64,000 nt of DNA from an uncultured Gammaproteobacteria bacterium. GTDB lineage: Bacteria; Patescibacteriota; Patescibacteriia; VMEV01; CAYQCH01. The DNA lies in NCBI GenBank assembly GCA_964352335.1, contig CAYGRO010000007.1, positions 361 to 64,360 of the forward strand, written 5' to 3'. Below the pieces are notes generated by a model. The model saw only the letters and a program-made list of their open reading frames with translations. It was not told where the DNA came from and searched no databases. Positions 17,456-25,014 of the stretch are shown piece by piece; positions within the stretch are counted from its first letter, which is position 1, and every line of letters begins with the position of its first letter. Position numbers and translations under genes: made by a program.

Positions 17456-17534
17456 CTGCTTACACAAATTAAGGGCCTTTCGTGGGGCTTTTTAAGTTCC
17501 TCAGTAAGAGGACGCCACAGAAAGCCAAAAACTT

Positions 17535-17852
17535 ATGAGTAAAATCGCTGTTATCAAAACAGGGGGGAAGCAATATAAGGTCAAAGAAAAGGATCTCATC
17601 AAGGTTGAGAAGCTAGAAATTGAAGAAGGTCAAACAGTGACTTTTGACGAAGTGCTTCTCGTAGCTGATGAAAACGGATCTGACGTTCAAATTGGTACTC
17701 CTACACTTTCTACAAAAGTAACTGGAAAAGTTCTTGAACAAGGACGAGCGAAAAAAGTGAATGTGGTTAAATACAAAGCCAAAACGCGTTACCACAAAAA
17801 ATACGGACATCGTCAACCATTTACAAAAATAGAGATTGAAAAAATCGCGTAA
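17535..17852 (+). CDS. rplU: 50S ribosomal protein L21
   Basis: AVIKTGGKQYKV...GHRQPFT. Confidence 0.98.
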   Translation: MSKIAVIKTGGKQYKVKEKDLIKVEKLEIEEGQTVTFDEVLLVADENGSDVQIGTPTLSTKVTGKVLEQGRAKKVNVVKYKAKTRYHKKYGHRQPFTKIEIEKIA

Positions 17853-17857
17853 AAAAT

Positions 17858-17919
17858 TAAATCCCTTTCTTGTCTAATAATCAATACTAATTGATTTCTA
17901 AACAAGGAAGGGATTTTTT
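17858..17919 (+). terminator. Long hairpin terminator after rplU
   Basis: AAATCCCTTTCTTGT...ACAAGGAAGGGATTT followed by T-run. Confidence 0.65.
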
Positions 17920-17948
17920 CGTCAACAGTCAACTATAGTTGGAGTGCT

Positions 17949-18104
17949 ATGGAAGTAGATTGGCTTGATCGGGCAAGCCAGATGGTGCTTGGTTTGTCAG
18001 CGCTATTAGTCATTGTCATCGTTGTGGCAATGATGTGGCTTTTCATTGGAGAACCGCTCTACTACCGCTGGAAGGAGGCATGCGATAAGCGGAAGTCGGC
18101 ATAG
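17949..18104 (+). CDS. GC-elevated small single-TM orphan (51 aa; not in ORF track)
   Basis: GGAG at 17941; MEVDWLDRASQMVLGLSALLVIVIVVAMMWLFIGEPLYYRWKEACDKRKSA*. Confidence 0.65.
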   Translation: MEVDWLDRASQMVLGLSALLVIVIVVAMMWLFIGEPLYYRWKEACDKRKSA

Positions 18105-18119
18105 GTGGGAAGAGGCAGC

Positions 18120-18185
18120 AAGAGGGCAAGACCTCGTTTTGTGAAAGCGTCAACACGCAATTATGAAACGAGGCTCTTCTTTTTT
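18120..18185 (+). terminator. Hairpin terminator after the small orphan
   Basis: CCTCGTTT...AAACGAGG stem then CTCTTCTTTTT. Confidence 0.55.
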
Positions 18186-18963
18186 ACGAGGGGTTTTGTA
18201 ATGCTCCTACAACTTTTCTCACAAAATTTCGCGGGGAAATACGTGGTAATTGCGTAATGATTTTATTTACAATACCAGTGGTGACAATAACCTTTCTTTT
18301 TTCAATACCTTTTACAGCAAGTTGAGCAACTTTTTGAGATGTCATTACATTGCTATAGCGTAAGACTTTTAATGATTCCATTTCTGCTTCTTTTTGAAAT
18401 CCACTAATAGTTGGTCCCGGACAAATAGTCGTAATAGAGATACCAGTATCTTTTAGTTCTTCAGATAAAGCTTCAGAGAATGAAAGAACAAAAGCTTTTG
18501 TTGCATAGTAAACTGCCATATAAGGACCAGGTAAAAATGCAGCGACAGAAGCAATATTTACAATTTGCCCAGAAGTTCTTTTTTTCATTTGAGGTAGTAC
18601 CAATTTTGTTAATTCCACAAGAGTTGTGGTATTCAATTGAATCATATCTACTTCTCGATGAGAATCTGTTTCTTCAAATTTTCCAGCGAGCCCAAATCCA
18701 GCATTATTAATTAAAAGGTCAACAATAATACCTCTTGATTGCATTTGTTCAAATGCAACTTTTGCTGAACCAGGTTTTGCTAAATCAATAGGGAAGTAAC
18801 CAACGCGAATACCGTAATCTTCTTCTAAATTTTCTTTCACTCGTGTCAGTTTTCTTTCATCTCGAGAAAGTAAGAATAGGTCATATCCTTTTTGGGCATA
18901 AAGCTCACTTAGTTCGCGTCCAATGCCTCCCGAAGCACCCGTTATTACAACAGTTTTTTTCAT
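18184..18963 (-). CDS. Short-chain dehydrogenase/reductase (DltE/YqjQ-like)
   Basis: TGASGGIG, NNAGFG, YYATK catalytic motif. Confidence 0.93.
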   Translation of the reverse strand: MKKTVVITGASGGIGRELSELYAQKGYDLFLLSRDERKLTRVKENLEEDYGIRVGYFPIDLAKPGSAKVAFEQMQSRGIIVDLLINNAGFGLAGKFEETDSHREVDMIQLNTTTLVELTKLVLPQMKKRTSGQIVNIASVAAFLPGPYMAVYYATKAFVLSFSEALSEELKDTGISITTICPGPTISGFQKEAEMESLKVLRYSNVMTSQKVAQLAVKGIEKRKVIVTTGIVNKIITQLPRISPRNFVRKVVGALQNPS

Positions 18964-19016
18964 AAAAGATTTGAGAATAAGGTCTTTATTTTATCAATTT
19001 GAGTCACTGTAATCAA

Positions 19017-19045
19017 TTGACAATGTCTATTTTCTTAGCTATAGT
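19017..19045 (+). promoter_or_regulatory. sigma70 promoter of the 19070 orphan
   Basis: TTGACA-17bp-TATAGT. Confidence 0.8.
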
Positions 19046-19069
19046 TTTATATCAACCAAGGAGGTTGCT

Positions 19070-19390
19070 ATGGCTGTTTTCTTGACGGCCGTAGTAGAAC
19101 TACCGGTCGGAACAAAGCGATATGCCGTCGACCTAACGGTTGACGTCGAAGAATTCGAGTCGGATTGCCCCTGTTATTGGTGCGACGGAATGGGGGCGCG
19201 CCTCGTTCTTATCAGCGCTTTACGCGTCTGGTCCACTCGCAAAAACAGGATTGTCTACCCCCAGCTACTTTATTGGATGGACGCAGTCTATGAAGCTGAG
19301 GAGCGACTTGGTGCTGGACGTCCGGTCTGCATCAACTGTTGGGACAGCGAGCTCTTGCCCTATGTGCGGGAGCGAGCATTGTTCAAATGA
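19070..19390 (+). CDS. GC-rich orphan with Cys motifs (putative Zn-binding)
   Basis: AAGGAGGT SD at 19058-19065; CPCYWC and CINC; sampled line about 58% GC. Confidence 0.75.
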   Translation: MAVFLTAVVELPVGTKRYAVDLTVDVEEFESDCPCYWCDGMGARLVLISALRVWSTRKNRIVYPQLLYWMDAVYEAEERLGAGRPVCINCWDSELLPYVRERALFK

Positions 19391-19418
19391 GTCATCACTT
19401 GTCTGTGGTGGCTCTTTT
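19389..19418 (+). terminator. Terminator after the 19070 orphan
   Basis: GAGTCATCAC-TTGTCT-GTGGTGGCTC then TTTT. Confidence 0.55.
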
Positions 19419-19422
19419 CATT

Positions 19423-20055
19423 TTAGGACAATAATATTTTCAAATAATTCTTAAGTGGGGTGAGTGCTAATTGTGACCATTCTTCAATAACACAATTATC
19501 ATCTGCGCAAAGCGCTTCCAATTTATCCAGTGAAATAAAAGAACCTTGAGCGATTTCTTTTGCTAAATTTAGTTCGGTTGAATTTGATTTGATTAAATAC
19601 AATAAACCAAAATGCACTTTTCCTACAGCATTTGTATCATCATTTATATAACCTAAAGGCGTAATTGTTGCTAAATCAAATAACCCCAATTCTTCTTCTA
19701 TTTCTCGTAATAAACTTGTATAAATAGGATTGTGATTCTCTGCATCTTCTTTATCTATATGTCCACCTATACCCCAAGACCATTTTCCATGTAAACGGTC
19801 TTCAGTTGCATGTTCTTTTTTTGACGCTCTTTGATAGGCAAAGAGCTCATTTTTTTCGTTAGTAATAAGGCAATAGGCAATTGGCTGTTGAAAGGTGTCA
19901 TCGTTTTCTGCTAATCCTCGTTTGAGATATTCAAAGTTATCAAGAATAAGGTTTTCATAATCATATTGGTCATGCGCAAGGAAACCTTGAAAATAGTTAT
20001 TCGCAAATAATGTTTCTCGTTTGATTACAAGAATTTCTTTTTCCATTTTATCCAT
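19423..20055 (-). CDS. NUDIX-fold phosphoesterase (YmaB-like)
   Basis: EDRLHGKWSWGIGGHID, REIEEELG, GYINDDTNAVGKVHFG. Confidence 0.85.
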   Translation of the reverse strand: MDKMEKEILVIKRETLFANNYFQGFLAHDQYDYENLILDNFEYLKRGLAENDDTFQQPIAYCLITNEKNELFAYQRASKKEHATEDRLHGKWSWGIGGHIDKEDAENHNPIYTSLLREIEEELGLFDLATITPLGYINDDTNAVGKVHFGLLYLIKSNSTELNLAKEIAQGSFISLDKLEALCADDNCVIEEWSQLALTPLKNYLKILLS

Positions 20056-20090
20056 AAGAGGGGAGAGTAATAATTGTATGACTCAAATTA

Positions 20091-21641
20091 TCACTCTTTG
20101 AGGCTTTCTGCAATTTGTGCTTTAGCAAAATCATTTACCCATTTTTTCGAGAGGTTAAATTCTTGCCAAGGGAGTTTTTCTTCAGGCGTATAGCTGACAA
20201 TAGGATAACATGCTTCAGGCTCTGCACAGATTTTGATTAAATCATATAGATCTAGATCTAAAACCATTAGTTTGTAGTTTTGCTTTTGTGAAAAATCGAG
20301 TATTGTTGGTATTGCGTCTTCGGAAAGATTATTTGTAAGATACGAAAGATCAATGCGTTCGTTTGCATGAAATCGTTCAATATTTTTTAAGGTGATTAAT
20401 TTGTCTACATTTACAAAAGAAAGAATGATCCAGCCAGTAAGTCCTATAACAAGCACAGGCTTTAAGAAGCTAAATTCTTGTTTCCAGATCTTTAGAACTG
20501 CAGAGATCAAGCAAATACCTAAAAAGAGCATAAACGCATGAACAAAAAATCGTGTATACGTAAATCCATAGGCTTGTTCATATAAACTCAAACGAAGATG
20601 AGACGAGTAAAGAATAATTGTTGTGACAAGAATCAAAAAACTTGAAAGGATTTGTCGTGTTTTTGTGGTCTCGTTACTTTTTTTCGTGGTAAAAACGGAA
20701 AATCCTAAGATAAGAGATAGATTGATAAGTGTAATAGCAATTAATTCACCAAAGCCTCGACGGGCATATTCGGCAAAGGTCATATTTTCTAGAAAACTAA
20801 GATCAGCTCCATGGAAAAAATACGCAAATTGAACGATTACAAAAACAAAATAAATAATATTTACTAGAGAAAGAATAGTAATCGTCGTTACAGGTAAAAT
20901 ACTTGACTTAAACTCAGTTGTTTTGTCGGCTGAGGTGTTTTTTTCAGATGCTATCATCCAGGTAAAAGCGGCTAATCCCCAAAAGGCGATTAAGGTGATA
21001 ATAATCCTTCCAATTAATTCATCAGCTATATCGATTTGTATAACGGAAGTGAAGTCAAGTAAAAGTTGATTAAATACTGGATCTGCAGAAGCAAGAAGTG
21101 CAAGAATAATAAATAAAAGCGGGCTGGCAATAATGATTGCTTTAAGTATTTGTTTGTAGACAGGGGATGAGTGTGATTTTTTAAATTGAAGCAAATTAGC
21201 AAAAGAGCGAATAGGTGTGGGCAATTGCTCAAGTAGTTTCACGAGCATTCGTGGGAAGAATTCCCAAACAAAAGAGAGGTCAAACCAAGGGGATTGACTC
21301 CATCCAGTGAGCAAAATTCCACTTGAAAGTGCTAGTACAGGTATAAGCAAGAAGTTAAGTGCGATAATGACCTTAGATTTAAAGATCAAGAAAACAAAAG
21401 AGAGTAGGATAGATGAAGCCATTGTGACCCAGCCTGCAAGAGACTTTTTTTCAATACGTTCCCAAAAAAGTGAGAGATAGCCAATAAAAAGACTCATAAG
21501 AAAAAGGGGGTAATTAATACCCAATCCATGATCAAAAAAAAGCCACTGGAAAAGAGTGGCTAGTAGAAGGGGGATAGCAAAGAAAAGAAATTGTTTCTTT
21601 TTTGAAAAGCGTGCATGAAGTGGTTTTTTTAGTATGTCCAT
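20091..21641 (-). CDS. DUF4173/DUF4153 membrane protein
   Basis: LLASADPVF, QFAYFF, AEYARRGFGEL, RLSLYEQAYGFTYTR. Confidence 0.85.
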   Translation of the reverse strand: MDILKKPLHARFSKKKQFLFFAIPLLLATLFQWLFFDHGLGINYPLFLMSLFIGYLSLFWERIEKKSLAGWVTMASSILLSFVFLIFKSKVIIALNFLLIPVLALSSGILLTGWSQSPWFDLSFVWEFFPRMLVKLLEQLPTPIRSFANLLQFKKSHSSPVYKQILKAIIIASPLLFIILALLASADPVFNQLLLDFTSVIQIDIADELIGRIIITLIAFWGLAAFTWMIASEKNTSADKTTEFKSSILPVTTITILSLVNIIYFVFVIVQFAYFFHGADLSFLENMTFAEYARRGFGELIAITLINLSLILGFSVFTTKKSNETTKTRQILSSFLILVTTIILYSSHLRLSLYEQAYGFTYTRFFVHAFMLFLGICLISAVLKIWKQEFSFLKPVLVIGLTGWIILSFVNVDKLITLKNIERFHANERIDLSYLTNNLSEDAIPTILDFSQKQNYKLMVLDLDLYDLIKICAEPEACYPIVSYTPEEKLPWQEFNLSKKWVNDFAKAQIAESLKE

Positions 21642-21699
21642 ACAAAGAAAAAGATAAGTAGTGATACAGATTAAAACGGAGGAGTTAAAAAAATCTTAC

Positions 21700-21730
21700 A
21701 AAAAATAGCATCTATGCGATGCTATTTTTT
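21700..21730. terminator. Bidirectional terminator
   Basis: AAAAAATAGCATC-TATGC-GATGCTATTTTTT. Confidence 0.75.
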
Positions 21731-21746
21731 GATCTACCAAATGAGC

Positions 21747-22154
21747 TTATTTCCAAATGGCTAATAATCCACCGATAAGCAATACCCAGACTAATTGATA
21801 GGTAATAAAAATAGTATAAAGAGGCATTTTTCTGTCTTCATACGCTTTGATAATCAAATGAGTTGATGCAATAAAACCAAGCCACGCCCAGAAACCTGTC
21901 ATCGCACCTTGTGCAAATGTAGTTGCTTCTGTTAGTGAAACAAAGTAAGCAAGAACCCATGCAAGAACGAGACTAGAAAGAAAGCTAATTCCCATCGCTT
22001 TAAGGGCATCTTCTTTTTTGATGTCTTCTGGCTTTTTATTCATGGCTTTCATCCATGCTTTTCCAAAAAACATTGGTGCATACCAGAATGCTCCAATAAT
22101 CATATAAATGACTCCGCTGACAAAGACTGCTAGTAAATTGATGTTTTCGAGCAT
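21747..22154 (-). CDS. DUF1761 membrane protein
   Basis: INLLAV...IGAFWYAPMFFGKAWM, GFWAWLGF. Confidence 0.85.
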   Translation of the reverse strand: MLENINLLAVFVSGVIYMIIGAFWYAPMFFGKAWMKAMNKKPEDIKKEDALKAMGISFLSSLVLAWVLAYFVSLTEATTFAQGAMTGFWAWLGFIASTHLIIKAYEDRKMPLYTIFITYQLVWVLLIGGLLAIWK

Positions 22155-22182
22155 ATTAAAAAGAATAAAGATTAAAAATAGC

Positions 22183-22782
22183 CTAAATTTTAGTTCTTCC
22201 CTTAATGGCTTTACTCAATGTTACCTCATCTGCATATTCAACAACAGACCCCATTGGAAGTCCTTGGGCAAGGCGAGAAAGGGCAATACCTTTGTTTTGT
22301 AATAACTTTTGTAAGTATAACACAGTCGCTTCACCTTCATAATCAGAATTAAAGGCGAAAATAATTTCATTTACACGAGTTGATTCAATGCGAGCAAGTA
22401 ATTGTTTCACATTTAATAATTCAGGTGTAATCCCTTCTAGTGGATTAATATTTCCACCAAGCACATGATAAACGCCGTGGAATTCTCCACTATGTTCAAT
22501 TGCTGCTAGGTCATGATTTTCTGCAACGATGCAAATGGTAGATGTATCTCTTTTTTCATCGCGACAGATTTCGCAATATTCTTGTTGAGAAAAGTTTTGA
22601 CAGGTTTTACAGAATTGAATTGTTTCGTGCAATTCAGTTAAAACATCGGCAAAGTTTTTAATTTGATGTTTAGGTTGTTTGAGCAAATAAAAAACCAGCT
22701 TCTCAGCGGATTTTGGTCCAATACCGGGAAGTCGGTCAAAATGATCGATTAGGTTTTTTATTGGTTCAGGGAAACGCAGCAT
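22183..22782 (-). CDS. recR: Recombination protein RecR
   Basis: LPGIGPKSAEK HhH, C4 zinc finger, YHVLGG, TOPRIM, EYADEVTL. Confidence 0.97.
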   Translation of the reverse strand: MLRFPEPIKNLIDHFDRLPGIGPKSAEKLVFYLLKQPKHQIKNFADVLTELHETIQFCKTCQNFSQQEYCEICRDEKRDTSTICIVAENHDLAAIEHSGEFHGVYHVLGGNINPLEGITPELLNVKQLLARIESTRVNEIIFAFNSDYEGEATVLYLQKLLQNKGIALSRLAQGLPMGSVVEYADEVTLSKAIKGRTKI

Positions 22783-22790
22783 TCCTTTTA

Positions 22791-22857
22791 CAATTGACAA
22801 TTAACCACTGACAACTGACATCTCTTCGTCAGTGGTCAGTAGTCAGTTGTTAGTTGT
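22791..22857. repeat. Inverted array of CAACTGA/GTCAGTT heptamers
   Basis: CAATTGA CAATTAA CCACTGA CAACTGA ... GTCAGTG GTCAGTA GTCAGTT GTTAGTT. Confidence 0.8.
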
Positions 22858-23145
22858 TTACGAGAGTCCTGGGAAATCAAAGTCTCCAGATTGTTGAAGC
22901 TTCAGTGCCATCGCTTTTTGTACTTTTTTAACAGTTTCATTTACCGCATCTACCAAAGAAGCTTCCATTCGTGTTTTATCTTGTAATAATTCGTCAGAAA
23001 CGATGATGGTGTGAACTTTTTGGTTACCATCCATAGTGATTTTTACACCTTTTGTTTCATGTTCAATCATTTCATCTCCTAAAACTGATTGAATTTTTTT
23101 CGCTTGGTCACGTAAGTCTTTGATTTGTTTAAGTTTGTTGAACAT
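22858..23145 (-). CDS. ybaB: YbaB/EbfC nucleoid-associated protein
   Basis: 95 aa; GVKITMDGNQKV; adjacent to recR. Confidence 0.88.
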   Translation of the reverse strand: MFNKLKQIKDLRDQAKKIQSVLGDEMIEHETKGVKITMDGNQKVHTIIVSDELLQDKTRMEASLVDAVNETVKKVQKAMALKLQQSGDFDFPGLS

Positions 23146-23157
23146 AAGTATTGAGTT

Positions 23158-23243
23158 TACGAATTAGTGATACGAATCTGCGAATACATTCGAATCTACA
23201 AATGGATTATTCGTAGATTAGCATACATTCGCAGATTGGCATC
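23158..23243. repeat. Inverted array of TACGAAT/ATTCGTA-like units
   Basis: TACGAAT, TACGAATC, TGCGAATA ... ATTCGTAG, ATTAGCAT, ATTCGCAG, ATTGGCAT. Confidence 0.7.
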
Positions 23244-23248
23244 ATACC

Positions 23249-24673
23249 TTAGAATTTAGGGATATTTATTGGTGCCATTGGCGGTGGTGGGGTTGCCGGT
23301 GGTAATGGTGGTGGGGCGGAAGCTTGTAAATGCCTTTTCTCGAGATTTTTGTAACTTACTTTAGATCCATCGAAGAAGAGTTTTACAACACCTGTTGGTC
23401 CATTACGATGCTTCGCGATATGTATTTCTCCAATATTTTTTTCTTCTGGCGTTAATTCTTCTGGTCGGTAATTTCTATCTGCAGCTTTTCTATAAATAAA
23501 CATTACAATATCTGCATCTTGCTCGATAGACCCAGATTCACGAAGATGAGAAAGTTTTGGAATCGCTGGTTTTGTTTGTTCAACCGCACGTGAAAGCTGA
23601 GAAAGCGCAATAATTGGGATATTTAGCTCACGAGCAATTTGTTTAAGCGCACGAGAAATTTCAGAAATTTCTTGGGTACGGTTTTCTTTACTTCGGCCTT
23701 CCATTAATTGTAGGTAATCGATAATAAGAAGTCCTAGTCCATGCTCGGTTTGTAGTCGTCGAGCTTTGGTTCTAATTTCCATGATATTTGCTCCGGCATT
23801 ATCGTCTATAAAAATTGGGGCTTCAGATAATACCCCCATGGCATGACCAAGTTTAGGAAAATCTTGTGATTCTGGTCCATCAGAGAGTTTTCCTGTTCTC
23901 ATTTTCCATAAATCAATATCTGCTTGCGAACAAAGTAACCGGTCAACAAGTTGTTCTTTACTCATTTCCAGACTAAAAATTCCAATAGGGATTTTCTCAT
24001 TTACTGCAATATGACGAGCAATATCCAAGGCAAAGGTTGTTTTACCTACAGATGGACGAGCAGCCAAGATAATAAGATCAGATTTTTGAAAACCAGCTAA
24101 AAGATTATCTAATTCAGTAAAGCCAGAAGCAATACCTCGGATTTTACCACCATCTCTATGCAAAATATCAATACGCTCAAAAGCAGCACTTAAGACATCT
24201 CTTACGGGAGCAAAGTTTTGTTTTAAAAAGTTTTGTGAAACAGCAAAAATAGATTGTTCGGCTTTATCTAGCAATCCGTCTAATTCGTCTTCTTCATTGA
24301 AAGCCATTTCACTAATTTCAGAAGCGGCTCCTTGTAAACGTCTTAGTGTAGATTTTTTACTGATGATATCTGCGTAATTTTTTACATGAGCAGAAGAGGG
24401 GACGCGACTAGCAAGCCCAGTTAAAAAAGATCGTCCACCAACTGCTTCTAATTTTCCTTGTTCATCTAATTTATTAGAAAGTGTTAATAAATCGATTGGT
24501 TCTTGGTTTCCATAAAGATCAAGCATTGCTCGATAAACTGTTGCATGCTGAGATCGGTAAAAATCTTCTGGTCGCAATGAATCAGCCACTTTAATCATGG
24601 CATTTTTATCGATAAGTAATGATCCTAAAATGGATTCTTCTGCATCTAAATTATGTGGAGGGATACGTTCCAT
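23249..24673 (-). CDS. dnaB: Replicative DNA helicase
   Basis: IPPHNLDAEESILGSLL, AARPSVGKT, IIDYLQLM, LSQLSR, LRESGSIEQDAD, KHRNGPTG. Confidence 0.98.
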   Translation of the reverse strand: MERIPPHNLDAEESILGSLLIDKNAMIKVADSLRPEDFYRSQHATVYRAMLDLYGNQEPIDLLTLSNKLDEQGKLEAVGGRSFLTGLASRVPSSAHVKNYADIISKKSTLRRLQGAASEISEMAFNEEDELDGLLDKAEQSIFAVSQNFLKQNFAPVRDVLSAAFERIDILHRDGGKIRGIASGFTELDNLLAGFQKSDLIILAARPSVGKTTFALDIARHIAVNEKIPIGIFSLEMSKEQLVDRLLCSQADIDLWKMRTGKLSDGPESQDFPKLGHAMGVLSEAPIFIDDNAGANIMEIRTKARRLQTEHGLGLLIIDYLQLMEGRSKENRTQEISEISRALKQIARELNIPIIALSQLSRAVEQTKPAIPKLSHLRESGSIEQDADIVMFIYRKAADRNYRPEELTPEEKNIGEIHIAKHRNGPTGVVKLFFDGSKVSYKNLEKRHLQASAPPPLPPATPPPPMAPINIPKF

Positions 24674-24766
24674 GTCGAGAATTGTATACTTGTTTAGGGT
24701 GGTTATTTTAACCCATCTCAGCTTGTTGAGCAATCTCACAGTATAGCCACAGGTTTTACACAAAAC

Positions 24767-24793
24767 AAAAATCTCAGCATTGCTGAGATTTTT
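24767..24793. terminator. Terminator downstream of tRNA-Lys
   Basis: AAAAATCTCAGCA-T-TGCTGAGATTTTT. Confidence 0.75.
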
Positions 24794-24794
24794 G

Positions 24795-24870
24795 TGGTGG
24801 GCCCGCTGGGATTCGAACCCAGGACCATTAGCTTAAAAGGCTACTGCTCTACCAACTGAGCTACGAGCCC
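24795..24870 (-). tRNA. tRNA-Lys (anticodon UUU), CCA encoded
   Basis: GGGCTCGTAGCTCAGTTGGTAGAGCAGTAGCCTTTTAAGCTAATGGTCCTGGGTTCGAATCCCAGCGGGCCCACCA, 76-nt cloverleaf. Confidence 0.97.
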
Positions 24871-25014
24871 ATTTATATACAATAATATCTAGAACCTATA
24901 AATAAGTAATAAGACATATAATATAAAAATGACGCCATGCATTCACTGCAAAGCGTGAGAAAATCATAACATAAATCATTTTCTGTGGCAAGATATATGC
25001 TAGAATATGAATAT

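Noticed and set aside
13219-19418. Integron cassettes (attC) or prophage explanation for the GC-rich orphans
   Set aside because: No RYYYAAC...GTTRRRY attC pattern recognised, no integrase or phage genes, and the genes are dispersed with their own promoters
11180-23243. CRISPR array interpretation of the short repeats
   Set aside because: Units are 7-8 bp, degenerate and inverted, with no 25-40 bp repeats, unique spacers or cas genes
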